From an uncultured Bacillota bacterium (GTDB taxonomy: Bacteria; Bacillota; Clostridia; Peptostreptococcales; Anaerovoracaceae), in assembly GCA_946614255.1 (NCBI GenBank), contig CAMOGS010000048.1, positions 18-64,017 of the forward strand: DNA of 64,000 nucleotides. Reading direction: 5' to 3'. The notes below the pieces were generated by a model. That model was not told the DNA's origin. It saw only the letters and a program-made list of their open reading frames with translations, and made no database searches. The position numbers were made by a program, and so were the translations under genes. Positions 8,819 through 18,009 of the stretch are shown piece after piece (the first letter of the stretch is position 1; every line of letters begins with the position of its first letter).

Positions 8819-11554
8819 CTATTTGCGTTCGATTTCCTGCATCTCGAAGCACTCGATTACGTCGCCTTCCTTGATATCGTTGTAGTTTTCGATACCGATA
8901 CCGCATTCAAAGCCCTGTGCAACTTCCTTTGCGTCGTCTTTGAATCTCTTCAGTGAGGAAATGGTACCCTCGTGGATTACGATACCTTCGCGGACCAGAC
9001 GAATCTGAGCGTTTCTGACAACCTTACCGTCCGTAACATAAGCACCGCCTACGATGCCAACGCCCGGTACCTTGAAGGTATTTCTGATCTCGACCGAGCC
9101 AAGCACAACTTCCTTGTACTCAGGATCGAGCATACCCTTCATAGCGGCTTCAACATCATCGATGATGTCGTAGATTACGCGGTAGGTTCTGATTTCTATG
9201 CCGTCGCGTTCAGCCATAGCCGTAACGGATGCGGACGGACGAACGTTAAAGCCGATGATAACAGCTCCGGAGGTTCCTGCGAGCATTACGTCGGATTCGT
9301 TTACCGTACCAACACCTGTGTGGATAATCTTTACGCGTACATTTTCGTTGTGCAGCTTTTCAAGCGATGCTTCGATTGCGCCGACAGAGCCCTGTACGTC
9401 GCCCTTGATGATGAGATTGAGCTCCTTGACCTCGCCCTCCTGAATCTGTGAAAAGAGCTGCTCGAGAGTTGTGGAAGCATTGCGCGCCAGCACTTCTTCT
9501 CTCAGCTTTGTGCGTCTCTTTTCGGCGATTTCACGAGCTACGGAAGCTTCCTTAACTGCGTTGAACTCATCGCCTGCCTCCGGTACGTCATCCAGACCGA
9601 GGATTTCGACTGCCGTAGCAGGGCCTGCCTTTCCGATGCTGTCGCCCTTGAAGTTTGTCATCGCACGAATCTTGCCCGCGCATGTGCCGGCAACGACAGA
9701 CATGCCTGCCTTGAGTGTACCGTTCATTACGAGAAGCGTTGCAACAGGGCCCTTTGCCTTGTCGAGTCTTGCTTCGATGACTGTACCCATAGCCAGACGG
9801 TTAGGATTTGCCTTGAGCTCGAGCACCTCTGCCTGGAGCAGAATCATCTCGAGGAGGTCGGTAATGCCGTCGCCGCGCTTTGCCGAAACAGGTACGGAGA
9901 TAGTGTCGCCGCCCCAGTCTTCGACCAGAATGCCGTGCTCGGTGAGTTCCTGCTTTACGCGGTCAGGATTTGCGCCCGGCTTGTCCATCTTGTTGATTGC
10001 GACAATAATCGGAACGCCTGCTGCCTTTGCGTGAGAGATTGACTCGATTGTCTGCGGCATTACACCGTCATCTGCAGCTACTACGAGAACCGCGATGTCT
10101 GTTGCGTGTGCGCCGCGGGCACGCATTGCCGTGAACGCTTCATGTCCCGGTGTATCGAGGAATACGATCTTCTTTCCGTTGATCATAACCTCGGAAGCAC
10201 CGATATGCTGAGTGATACCGCCGGACTCGCCCGCAGTAACATTTGTCTTTCTGATTGCGTCGAGGAGCGAAGTCTTACCGTGGTCAACGTGGCCCATAAC
10301 GGTAACGATAGGAGGTCTTGCCTTCAGATCCTCTTCCTTGTCCTCGAAGTGTTCGATGCCTTCCTCGATATCGTCCTCTTCGACCTTGCCGACAACGATT
10401 GAAACGCCGATTTCATCCGCAAGAATCTGAACGGTGTCTTCGTCGAGGTTCTGGTTGATGTTTGCCATGATACCCATCTTCATGAGTGCCATGATGGCTG
10501 TGGCTGTCGAGCACTTTGTCTGCTCGCAAAAGCCCGCAACCGTGATAGGTACGGTAATTACAACGGTACCTGTTGGCAGCTCTTCCATATTGATTGTCGG
10601 CTCTTCTACAACCTTCTTTTCCTTCTTTACATGCTTCTTTGGCTTTTCTGCCTTTTCAAGCGACTGCTTGTCAAGCTTTGCAAACTTATCTCTTTCCTTG
10701 TCCTTGCCTCTGCCGTGCTCGTCACGCTTTCCGCGTGCGCCGCCTCTGTTATCGCGATTATCGCGGTTGTCGCGAGTATCTCTGCTGTCACGACTGTCGC
10801 GCGCCTCACGGTGAGGTCTTTCGGAAGTCGCGCCCGACGCACCCGGTGCGCTCTGACGCTGGCGAACAGGTGCAGGTGCCGGCTTTGGCTTGTCCGCCTG
10901 CTTTGGCTTTTCGGCAGGCTTTGCCTGAGGTGCCGGCTTTGGCTGCTCGGAAGCCTTTGAGATAATCTTTAATGTCATCGGCTCATCGTCAAGCTGCTTC
11001 TTCGGTGCAGTCTCCGCCTTTGGTGCAGGCTTTGCTTCTGCCTTCGGAGCCTCCTGTGCAGTCTGAGCTGCCTTTGCTTCGGCCTGTGCTGCCTGAGCTG
11101 CCGCTGCTTCCTTTTCTCTTTCCTCGTTTGACTTGTAAGCCACCGGCTTTCCGGCAGGAAGCGCCACCTTTGGTCTTACTTCCTGATTTGCCTTTGTCGC
11201 TTTGTTCTGCTCGTAGGAGACCGGTCTTCCCATTGGAGGAAGCTTCTTTGCGGCTCCTGCAGGCGCAGGTGCGGGCGCTACAGGCGGCATTTTGATGTTT
11301 GCTGCCTTTACGACAACCTTTGGCTCCTGCTCTGCTTCTTCGTTCTTTTTAGGCGTCACCTTTACGATTTTCGGTGTGCCTGCAGCATCTTCAGCCGCTT
11401 TCTTTGGGTTGAAAGCGTTTCTGAGCTTTTCCGCATCGGCGTCGCTGACATTGCTCTGCGCTGCCTTTGCTTCTATTCCGAGCTCTGCTGCCTTTTCAAG
11501 CAGAGCTTTACTGCTATTTAAATTCAATTCTTTCGCTAATTCGTGTATCTTCAT
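8819..11554 (-). CDS. infB: Translation initiation factor IF-2
   Basis: 911 aa. GTPase motifs [18 protein letters not shown]. Long low-complexity K/A/P/E-rich N-terminal region. AGGAGG SD. Confidence 0.97.
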   Translation of the reverse strand: MKIHELAKELNLNSSKALLEKAAELGIEAKAAQSNVSDADAEKLRNAFNPKKAAEDAAGTPKIVKVTPKKNEEAEQEPKVVVKAANIKMPPVAPAPAPAGAAKKLPPMGRPVSYEQNKATKANQEVRPKVALPAGKPVAYKSNEEREKEAAAAQAAQAEAKAAQTAQEAPKAEAKPAPKAETAPKKQLDDEPMTLKIISKASEQPKPAPQAKPAEKPKQADKPKPAPAPVRQRQSAPGASGATSERPHREARDSRDSRDTRDNRDNRDNRGGARGKRDEHGRGKDKERDKFAKLDKQSLEKAEKPKKHVKKEKKVVEEPTINMEELPTGTVVITVPITVAGFCEQTKCSTATAIMALMKMGIMANINQNLDEDTVQILADEIGVSIVVGKVEEDDIEEGIEHFEDKEEDLKARPPIVTVMGHVDHGKTSLLDAIRKTNVTAGESGGITQHIGASEVMINGKKIVFLDTPGHEAFTAMRARGAHATDIAVLVVAADDGVMPQTIESISHAKAAGVPIIVAINKMDKPGANPDRVKQELTEHGILVEDWGGDTISVPVSAKRGDGITDLLEMILLQAEVLELKANPNRLAMGTVIEARLDKAKGPVATLLVMNGTLKAGMSVVAGTCAGKIRAMTNFKGDSIGKAGPATAVEILGLDDVPEAGDEFNAVKEASVAREIAEKRRTKLREEVLARNASTTLEQLFSQIQEGEVKELNLIIKGDVQGSVGAIEASLEKLHNENVRVKIIHTGVGTVNESDVMLAGTSGAVIIGFNVRPSASVTAMAERDGIEIRTYRVIYDIIDDVEAAMKGMLDPEYKEVVLGSVEIRNTFKVPGVGIVGGAYVTDGKVVRNAQIRLVREGIVIHEGTISSLKRFKDDAKEVAQGFECGIGIENYNDIKEGDVIECFEMQEIERK

Positions 11555-11558
11555 TAAG

Positions 11559-12170
11559 CTAGAATACCTCCTTCTCTATTTCTGCCAATATACATTCCGC
11601 AAAGTGTTCATCGGTAACCGCGAAAACCGTTCTGCCGGATTTGCCCGTCATCTTTGAAAGATGATCGCCGCTTCCGTAGATTCTAAACGGCACACCGCTG
11701 CGCGAAGCCTCAAGCTGAAGCTTTTCCTTTGTGTTTTCGGCCGCATCTGCTGCCACAATCACAAGCTTCGCACTGCCCTTTTTCATGCTGATACTGCATG
11801 TATCGCTGCCGCTTACTATCTTGCGGGCGCGAGCCGCAAAGCCGAGGTAGCTGTCCACCTTTGCAGGCTTTTCCGCAGACCTTTCTGCCTGCTTTTCGCC
11901 GCCAAGCATGGCTCTTGCAGCCGCAAGCAGCGCACTGACAGTTTCGCCGTCAAGCTCCATATGAAGACTGCGTCCCACAGCCCTTTTTTTATCCGCCATG
12001 GCTATGCAATCGAGGCTTTTGCAAAGGTAAATCCCTCTGCCGCTCTCGCGATCCGCCATGTCGATGACAGCTCTGCCGTCTCTGCCCGCTATTCGGATAA
12101 GCTCACTCTTTGGGAAGCTTTTTCCGCAGCCGCAGCATCTTCGCATCGGTACATTGGTTCTTTCTCTCAT
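11559..12170 (-). CDS. Fusion protein: YlxR/RnpM (DUF448) N-terminal domain + L7Ae/YlxQ-like C-terminal domain
   Basis: One 203-aa frame. The N-terminal part [18 protein letters not shown]...GRGIYLC matches YlxR. The C-terminal part [16 protein letters not shown]...[17 protein letters not shown]...[17 protein letters not shown] matches L7Ae. It occupies the nusA-infB slot. Confidence 0.85.
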   Translation of the reverse strand: MRERTNVPMRRCCGCGKSFPKSELIRIAGRDGRAVIDMADRESGRGIYLCKSLDCIAMADKKRAVGRSLHMELDGETVSALLAAARAMLGGEKQAERSAEKPAKVDSYLGFAARARKIVSGSDTCSISMKKGSAKLVIVAADAAENTKEKLQLEASRSGVPFRIYGSGDHLSKMTGKSGRTVFAVTDEHFAECILAEIEKEVF

Positions 12171-12179
12171 TCTCTGTTT

Positions 12180-13325
12180 TTACTCCTCTACTTCCACGAT
12201 CTCACTCTCGGAAGGTTCTTCGGGGTATTCTGCGATATCTTCGCCATCTGCGTCGTCTGCGCCGTCGTAATTCTCAAAGTACTGAGTGTGCGACTTGATG
12301 TCAATCTTCCATCCGCACAGCTTTGCGGCAAGGCGAACGTTCTGGCCTTCTTTACCTATTGCAAGCGAAAGCTGATAGTCAGGAACTACAACAGTTGCTG
12401 CCTTTTCGGTATCGCTTACTATAACCTGCTCCACCTTTGCCGGTGAGAGCACGGAAGCAATCAGCTCTGCCGGGTCGTCAGACCATACGATGATATCTAT
12501 CTTTTCGCCGCCAAGCTCGTCAACGATGGTCTGCACTCTGTTGCCTCTAGGGCCTACACAGCTGCCTACCGGGTCAACGTTCTCGTCGTCGGTGTAAACT
12601 GCAATCTTTGTTCTCGAGCCTGCTTCGCGGGCGATGTTCTTGATAACTACAACGCCGTCCTCGATTTCAGGAACTTCTCTTTCGAAAAGTCTTCTCACCA
12701 GGCCCGGGTGGCTGCGTGAAAGGAACACCTGAGGTCCCTTGTTGGTGCGGCGCACGTCCATGATGTAAACCTTTATGCGCTGGTCTACCTGGTAGTGCTC
12801 GCCCGGCACTTGCTCGGATGCGGAAAGGATGCCTTCCTCGTCACGACCGAGGTTTACGAAAATTGTGTTGCCGGAGATGCGCTGAACTGTGCCTGTGATC
12901 AGCTCGCCTTGTCTTTGGCTGTATTCGTCGTAGGTCATGCCTCTTTCAGCTTCGCGGATGCGCTGCAGAACTACCTGCTTTGCAGTCTGAGCCGCAATTC
13001 TGCCGAATTCCTTTGGTCTTACCTGCCACTCGATGATGTCGCCGACTTCATATCTGGAGTCGTACTCTCTGGCATCCTCGAGAGAAATCTGGCAAAGCTC
13101 GTCCTCGACCTCCTCTACTACATCTCTACGCATAAAGATATCGATTTCACCGCTTTCTCTGTCAAAGTTTACGCGAACATTCTGTGATGTTCCGTAATTC
13201 TTTTTGTAAGCGGATACGAGTGCAGATTCAATCGCTTCAATCAGAACCTCTTTGGATATGTGTTTGGTTCTTTCGACTTCCTCTATTGCATCGATAAAGG
13301 TGATTTCCTTTTTTTCCTGTTTCAT
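12180..13325 (-). CDS. nusA: Transcription termination/antitermination factor NusA
   Basis: N-terminal, S1 and two KH domains (GELITGTVQR, VGSCVGPRGNRVQ, LAIGKEGQNVRLAAKL). The ATG at 13325 follows AAAGGAGAAAAA. The track start at 13388 is over-extended. Confidence 0.95.
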   Translation of the reverse strand: MKQEKKEITFIDAIEEVERTKHISKEVLIEAIESALVSAYKKNYGTSQNVRVNFDRESGEIDIFMRRDVVEEVEDELCQISLEDAREYDSRYEVGDIIEWQVRPKEFGRIAAQTAKQVVLQRIREAERGMTYDEYSQRQGELITGTVQRISGNTIFVNLGRDEEGILSASEQVPGEHYQVDQRIKVYIMDVRRTNKGPQVFLSRSHPGLVRRLFEREVPEIEDGVVVIKNIAREAGSRTKIAVYTDDENVDPVGSCVGPRGNRVQTIVDELGGEKIDIIVWSDDPAELIASVLSPAKVEQVIVSDTEKAATVVVPDYQLSLAIGKEGQNVRLAAKLCGWKIDIKSHTQYFENYDGADDADGEDIAEYPEEPSESEIVEVEE

Positions 13326-13436
13326 TTTTTCTCCTTTCGGGATATACTGCTTTTTTATATAGGTGCGCAGGCTGTGGGGCTTGCGCATATATGTCTGTTT
13401 TGGTGCGGGCCGTTGTGGTCGGCGTGGCTGCCGGTG

Positions 13437-14015
13437 TTAGAAGATGACCGAAAGCCTTACCGTTTTAACCTGCTGTAGTGGAATGCTGCGGCGCACGGTT
13501 TCGCCAATTTTCGGCTTCATGCCCTTCTTTGGCGGAGGTATGATAGGTGTCTCCTCGATTACCAAGGTCTTTGCGGAGGCTTCGCTGTCTGTGCCTGCAG
13601 TGTCGCCTGCATCTTCAAGTCCGATAAGCGTGACTTCCTCGAAGGCTTTGCGGCCTTCAAAGGCTTGCTTTAGGGTGATGTCTATCTGTCTGCCTGCGAA
13701 GCGGCGGTAATCGTCATCGCGGATGAACTCTCTGTCCATGCCGGGTGAGCTGACCTCGAGGTAATAGTTTTCCTCTATCGGGTCAAGCCTGTCAAGCTCG
13801 CCGCTGAGGTACTCGCTGACAAGCGCACAGTCGTCGCTGCCGACGTAGGTTTCCGGCTCGCCCGGAGCAGGCTCCGGTTTTTCTATGTAGACTCTGAGGT
13901 AGCGCTCACCATCCTCCTTTACGTATTCGACCTTGTAGAGCTCGAGCCCGTTTGCCGGCAGGAACTCCTTCAGGATATTCGCAATCAGCTCCGCAATATC
14001 TGCTTTCGCCATCAT
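13437..14015 (-). CDS. rimP: Ribosome maturation factor RimP
   Basis: LELYKVEYVKEDGERYLRVYIE and LEVSSPGMDR motifs. ATGATG at 14010-14015 follows GGAGGA. The upstream codons of the track ORF are translated repeat. Confidence 0.88.
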   Translation of the reverse strand: MMAKADIAELIANILKEFLPANGLELYKVEYVKEDGERYLRVYIEKPEPAPGEPETYVGSDDCALVSEYLSGELDRLDPIEENYYLEVSSPGMDREFIRDDDYRRFAGRQIDITLKQAFEGRKAFEEVTLIGLEDAGDTAGTDSEASAKTLVIEETPIIPPPKKGMKPKIGETVRRSIPLQQVKTVRLSVIF

Positions 14016-14026
14016 TTCCTCCTTTT

Positions 14027-14151
14027 CCAATCTGGGGACAGGCACCAAATTCGCCTTTTTTCCAATTTGGGGACAGGCACCGAATTCGCCTTTTTTCCAA
14101 TTTGGGGCACGTCCCTAAATTCGCCTTTTGGGAAGTTTGGGGACAGGTCCC
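14027..14151. repeat. Dispersed modular repeat, locus 3 (composite A-A-B-C)
   Basis: Four direct units with cores GGGGACAGGCACC, GGGGACAGGCACC, GGGGCACGTCCCT and GGGGACAGGTCC, joined by CGCCTTTTTTCC-type linkers. Located in the rimP 5-prime leader. Confidence 0.92.
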
Positions 14152-14168
14152 AGCGTGGTGCAAATTGA

Positions 14169-14192
14169 AAGAGTGGACTGATGTCCACTCTT
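14169..14192 (-). terminator. Hairpin with weak U-tract: terminator of giant gene 1 and/or attenuator in rimP-nusA leader
   Basis: 10-bp stem AAGAGTGGAC/GTCCACTCTT with a 4-nt loop, followed by UCAAUUUG on the minus strand. It lies downstream of the candidate promoter at 14218-14246. Confidence 0.5.
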
Positions 14193-14217
14193 AAGTCTTA
14201 CCTTATTCGCTTTGTCT

Positions 14218-14246
14218 ATAATATCACAGAAATCGCAGAATGTCAA
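14218..14246 (-). promoter_or_regulatory. Candidate sigma-A promoter for rimP-nusA-infB operon
   Basis: Minus strand reads TTGACA-17 nt-TATTAT, 14 nt after the stop of the upstream giant gene. Confidence 0.45.
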
Positions 14247-14259
14247 ATGTTTTGAGGAA

Positions 14260-17200
14260 TTACTGTGCTGTAAATGTTCCGTTACGATGAGGGAATGTGA
14301 TTTCCACAAAGTGACCATCGCTATTTAACTCACTGTTATCTCCTGTTACAAAGAACGAGCCTCGAGGGAAATCGCCGTTTGCACTATCGTGGAATACTCT
14401 GTTGTCCCCGTCAAGCCTTGCGCCGAGGACCGTGCCGCCACCCGAGTAGGTGCAGAGTACTATGCCTTCTGAAACAGTTTCAAGGGAATTGCCTGACTGA
14501 TCAATTGGCTCAAAACGGTAATTCCCGTCGTAACTTATTCTTTCCGTTCCCTGCACGCTGAAAATTGCACGAGCACGCAGTGCAACCTTTGTTGTCGTAT
14601 TTTCAGGCTCAACCGAATCGCTTGTAATGGTGCGTCTCAAAGCTCCGCCCCAAAGCTTCATCGTGCCGCCGCTTTCAACTCCATATGTCGTGCGACCGCC
14701 TGTCAGACTCGAATTGCTGTTAAGCTTGATTTCTCTCCTGTCCCAAATCATGCCGCCATCATATTGCTCCAAGGTGCCGCCGCTGAAAATTTTTATTGGG
14801 TCAAGGCTGCCTGTTGCAGCAGCACTGATATAAATCTTGCCATAGTTTTGGACATCGCCATATATTTGCATTTGATATCCTAACGTAAATTCACCGGAAT
14901 TTATGAACGTAGCCTTTGAAGCGATATAAATACTTTGCACATTTTCAAGCTGAGTTTCCACATCACTTTCATTTGAACCCAGCTTTATATAAAGTTCGCC
15001 GTTTGTACCGGTTGCATTTGTATTTACAAATCCGCTATTACTCCAGCTGAACCCTGCTCCGGAAATGAAAACAGCTCTGTTGAAGCTACCCGTATTAATG
15101 ATCATATCATTACTAATCGGCTTTACCTCATCGCCCGTATCAATATACACGCTCGCATAAGATGTCGTATTCGCAAGAACGGCGACTATGTCTTCGATAG
15201 TGCAGCCTGCTTCGCGTCTTTCCGTATCGCCCTTGAAATATTTGTCGTAGACAGGAATCGGCGGTGCATCCGAACTGGTCGGATCCGCCTGGTTGCCGTT
15301 TGCGACAAAAGCTATATCATATTCGGTGCGGTCAGCCCACCGCCCCTGAGAGAAGAACGAACCGTCAACTTCGCTCGGTCCCGCAGAGCCGGTATTCCCG
15401 CCCGTATTGCCCTGCGAATCATCTATCAAGGTGTATTCATAGCTGCTACCGCCCGGATAATAGAAATTGTCGGTCTGGCTTACTACCGGACGGTTGTCCT
15501 GCCCGGGTACGCTAAGTCTGATCCCCTCAACAAGCAGCGAATACCCGGTTTGCGTCTGCGCAGGGCCGCTGTTCATAAATGCTCCGTACGGCATAAACTC
15601 AATTTCCTCAGTGCCATAGCCGCTTACTGTATCGTAATACACCTCCGTATACTCTCCGCCCATTGTCGTACAGAATGAAGGTCTTGCCGGACCCTGCCTG
15701 AAAATTGCTGCCGTGCTGACATAGCTTGCACCCGGTGTGGCCACTTCAGGCATGTCATGGCTTCCGCCGCTCACATACCATACAACCTCAAGAGGCGCGC
15801 GCGTGATTGACACGTCAAAGTCGCCCTCGTGTCTATCGGTATAATTGTCATTCTTTACCGCAAAGTAATAATATGTCCCGCTGTCGCTTACATTCGTAAC
15901 CTCATGCCCGGTCATCAGGTCATCGTTCATGCGACCGGTTTCTATTTGGCCTATGGCCTCCATGACAATTCCCAGAGCCTCATCATCACTGTAGTCACCC
16001 TCAGATAATGAATCCACCGCTGCATCATATACCGCTCTGAGGCTTTCATAAACCTCCATGTCGTTGGAATCACTTGCTTTGAATACCCAGATGCTGTACT
16101 GCTCCTTCTGCTCGCTAGGTGCACTCTCTAAAACATCATGCGCTGCGCCATCGTACACGCCCGTATATCCTCTAAGCCAGCCCTCCTGCTGTGATGTGCC
16201 GCCCGAATGACTGCTGCCGCCGCCGGAACTGCCCGAAGGTGTGTCGCTTACTGTAACGCCGCCGCCCTCAAATGTGACGCGGCCTGCATCGATGCTACCG
16301 CCTGCTTGCACGCTTACATTATCAAATACGCTCGCGGAAGCTGCGCCGCCTACGTTACCGCTGCCCGCATCGGTCTTTGCGCCTTCGATTGTCTGTGCCG
16401 CTGCTTCGGTCTGCTGCACGGCCTGCTGCTCTTCGTTTGCAATTTGCGCATCAAGTGCCTGCCCGTCAGAGGCTTGTGCAGTAAGCTGTTCCTTTACAGT
16501 ATCGGCAATTCCGAGGCTTGTTAGGCTATCGCCTGCCGCAGCAACGATCTGCTCCGTCGGCGCGCTAAGCGCTGTGCCTACCGAAACGCCGCCCTTGATT
16601 GCAGCTTGTTCGAGAATTGCTCTGGCTGCGAATGCATTAAGCTCCGCTGCACCTTTAATGATAACCTGCGCGCCGGCTGTGCCATCTCCAATCTGCGGTA
16701 TAACTGTCGTATTACTTGTAGCTCCGATTCCAAGCCCAAGCAGCTGTGCCGGTTTCGATGCCCCGCTGACTGAAAGGCTGCTGCCTGCGCTAACTCTTTC
16801 GGTCGCAGTACGAGCTGAGCTCATCTTCGTCTCGGTCACGCCGGAATAAAGATTAAAAATAGTTGTTGTGTCACTGGACACTAAATACACGGAATCCCCA
16901 CCGGACTTTTTACGCTGAACCTTGATATCGCCGCTGGTTCCGCGGATTCCGGTTGTCAGGTTGCTCGTCTTCATGTTCATCGATTCGCTCCCGCTGAGCT
17001 TTTTATCGACATCAAAAAAGACTTCACCGCTTTTTATGTTTATTTCAATCTTTTTGCCCGATTTTTCGATTTTAACCTTTGTGCTCTGGCCGAGCTTTAT
17101 GGCTTTCGCATCATCGAGGCTGATGTAGCAATACGAAGCTGCCGCAGTCTTTACGGTGTAGCCTGAAAGAAGCTTTGTGCCATCGCTCGGTGTAATATCT

Positions 17201-17367
17201 TTGCCCTTCTCGGTCGTGATCTTTACTGTACCGCTCACGCCCGCAATTTTCATTACAGTCGCGCTCGCAACTTCACCGGTGCCTGCAGAGCCCGCCGCAA
17301 AAGCGGAGCCTGCGCCGAAAGTAAACACCAGTGCCAAAGTAAGCATTAGACATAATAGTTTTCTCAT
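14260..17367 (-). CDS. Giant secreted repeat protein, paralog 1 (signal peptide, FecR-like domain, YDG/MBG-like module, beta-helix-like module)
   Basis: ATG at 17367 after GGAGG. MRKLLCLMLTLALVFTFGAGSAFA signal peptide. FecR-like block ATVMKIAGVSGTVKI...LTTGIRGTSG. GWLRGYTGVYDGAAH module. C-terminal N-x-G-rich region ending TFPHRNGTFTAQ. Confidence 0.85.
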   Translation of the reverse strand: MRKLLCLMLTLALVFTFGAGSAFAAGSAGTGEVASATVMKIAGVSGTVKITTEKGKDITPSDGTKLLSGYTVKTAAASYCYISLDDAKAIKLGQSTKVKIEKSGKKIEINIKSGEVFFDVDKKLSGSESMNMKTSNLTTGIRGTSGDIKVQRKKSGGDSVYLVSSDTTTIFNLYSGVTETKMSSARTATERVSAGSSLSVSGASKPAQLLGLGIGATSNTTVIPQIGDGTAGAQVIIKGAAELNAFAARAILEQAAIKGGVSVGTALSAPTEQIVAAAGDSLTSLGIADTVKEQLTAQASDGQALDAQIANEEQQAVQQTEAAAQTIEGAKTDAGSGNVGGAASASVFDNVSVQAGGSIDAGRVTFEGGGVTVSDTPSGSSGGGSSHSGGTSQQEGWLRGYTGVYDGAAHDVLESAPSEQKEQYSIWVFKASDSNDMEVYESLRAVYDAAVDSLSEGDYSDDEALGIVMEAIGQIETGRMNDDLMTGHEVTNVSDSGTYYYFAVKNDNYTDRHEGDFDVSITRAPLEVVWYVSGGSHDMPEVATPGASYVSTAAIFRQGPARPSFCTTMGGEYTEVYYDTVSGYGTEEIEFMPYGAFMNSGPAQTQTGYSLLVEGIRLSVPGQDNRPVVSQTDNFYYPGGSSYEYTLIDDSQGNTGGNTGSAGPSEVDGSFFSQGRWADRTEYDIAFVANGNQADPTSSDAPPIPVYDKYFKGDTERREAGCTIEDIVAVLANTTSYASVYIDTGDEVKPISNDMIINTGSFNRAVFISGAGFSWSNSGFVNTNATGTNGELYIKLGSNESDVETQLENVQSIYIASKATFINSGEFTLGYQMQIYGDVQNYGKIYISAAATGSLDPIKIFSGGTLEQYDGGMIWDRREIKLNSNSSLTGGRTTYGVESGGTMKLWGGALRRTITSDSVEPENTTTKVALRARAIFSVQGTERISYDGNYRFEPIDQSGNSLETVSEGIVLCTYSGGGTVLGARLDGDNRVFHDSANGDFPRGSFFVTGDNSELNSDGHFVEITFPHRNGTFTAQ

Positions 17368-17408
17368 TGTAAAATCCTCCGTTAACAGAGTGCACCCCAA
17401 TTACGATA

Positions 17409-17437
17409 ATTATACAGCAAGTCCGAATAAAAAGCAA
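17409..17437 (-). promoter_or_regulatory. Candidate promoter of giant gene 1
   Basis: Minus strand reads TTGCTT-17 nt-TATAAT, about 40 nt upstream of the ATG. Confidence 0.35.
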
Positions 17438-17511
17438 AATCGATATTCATAATAACCTGCTACCCATCTTCATCTTTGAGGTCACAGTTTGGGAGCTTTA
17501 AAAAACCGAAC

Positions 17512-17552
17512 CGGTTGACTCCAAATGCGATTTTTGCGTTTGGAGTCAACCG
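17512..17552. repeat. 41-bp palindromic element, copy 1 (14-bp arms GGTTGACTCCAAA)
   Basis: CGGTTGACTCCAAA-13 nt-TTTGGAGTCAACCG with T-runs on both sides, so it has the shape of a bidirectional terminator. Confidence 0.85.
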
Positions 17553-17689
17553 ATTTTCAATATTTTGCGTTTGAAAACGCTATTCGCTGCTGTTATTAGT
17601 TATTTTTGGTATTTTATTACTGTTAATTTTCCCCTTTGCTGACTGATTATTGAATTTCAAAGCTTTATTTCCACCTATTTCGCAATTTT

Positions 17690-17730
17690 TGGTTGACTCC
17701 AAATGCGAATTCTGTGTTTGGAGTCAACCA
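17690..17730. repeat. 41-bp palindromic element, copy 2
   Basis: TGGTTGACTCCAAA-13 nt-TTTGGAGTCAACCA followed by ATCATTTTTTT on the plus strand. Same arms as copy 1, 178 bp away. Confidence 0.85.
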
Positions 17731-17780
17731 ATCATTTTTTTCAAGTATTTTATGGTTGTTTTTCTCTTTATCGCCAAAAC

Positions 17781-17814
17781 AAAATCCACCTTAGGTTGCC
17801 CCTGGGTGGATTTT
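17781..17814 (-). terminator. Terminator after brnA-like gene (left copy of duplicated terminator)
   Basis: AAAATCCACC..GGTGGATTTT hairpin followed by GTTTTGG on the minus strand. 36 of 38 nt are identical to 18409-18446. Confidence 0.65.
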
Positions 17815-17817
17815 GGA

Positions 17818-18009
17818 TTAAACGGTTTCTCTCTCTCGGCGGCGACGATTTCTTTCACGTGCAGCGGCACGAAAGCCCTCAGCCGCTTTCGGTGTAAGTG
17901 CCGGAGAATCCTCATCAAAAACTATTGGCATCTTCTTTGCCTTTTCAATCATTTCAATCTGTTCCGGTGTAGGCTTTGCTCCCGGAGTAAATTCCTTAGT
18001 CACGATCAT
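17818..18009 (-). CDS. Putative antitoxin (BrnA position, 63 aa)
   Basis: AAGGAG SD. Overlaps the stop of the upstream BrnT gene by 14 nt. Small protein with a basic C-terminus. Assignment rests mainly on operon position. Confidence 0.5.
   Translation of the reverse strand: MIVTKEFTPGAKPTPEQIEMIEKAKKMPIVFDEDSPALTPKAAEGFRAAARERNRRRRERETV

Noticed and set aside
10640-11300. Repetitive DNA in infB ([18 protein letters not shown] and A/P/K/E-rich runs)
   Set aside because: This is the low-complexity N-terminal region typical of IF-2. It is in frame and part of the gene, not a mobile or regulatory repeat.
14027-14151. Regularly spaced direct repeats that at first glance look like a mini CRISPR array (the same applies to 49048-49144 and 58600-58733)
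   Set aside because: The period is only about 35 bp. The 'spacers' are the same 10-14-nt T-rich linker each time rather than unique sequences. Arrays have 2-4 units, are scattered at seven loci inside operons, and have no cas genes nearby.
16241-16849. Long plus-strand ORFs antisense to the big minus-strand genes. Examples: 290-772, 7593-8207, 9471-10034, 11661-12446, 25036-25617, 29351-30076, 33317-33901, 40533-41060, 50830-51333, 59398-60231, 62013-62726. Also the minus-strand ORF 54990-55715, antisense to yicC.
   Set aside because: These are shadow ORFs in the frame opposite to well-supported genes. They have low-complexity or Cys/Arg/Ser-rich composition, no SD and no recognisable motifs.
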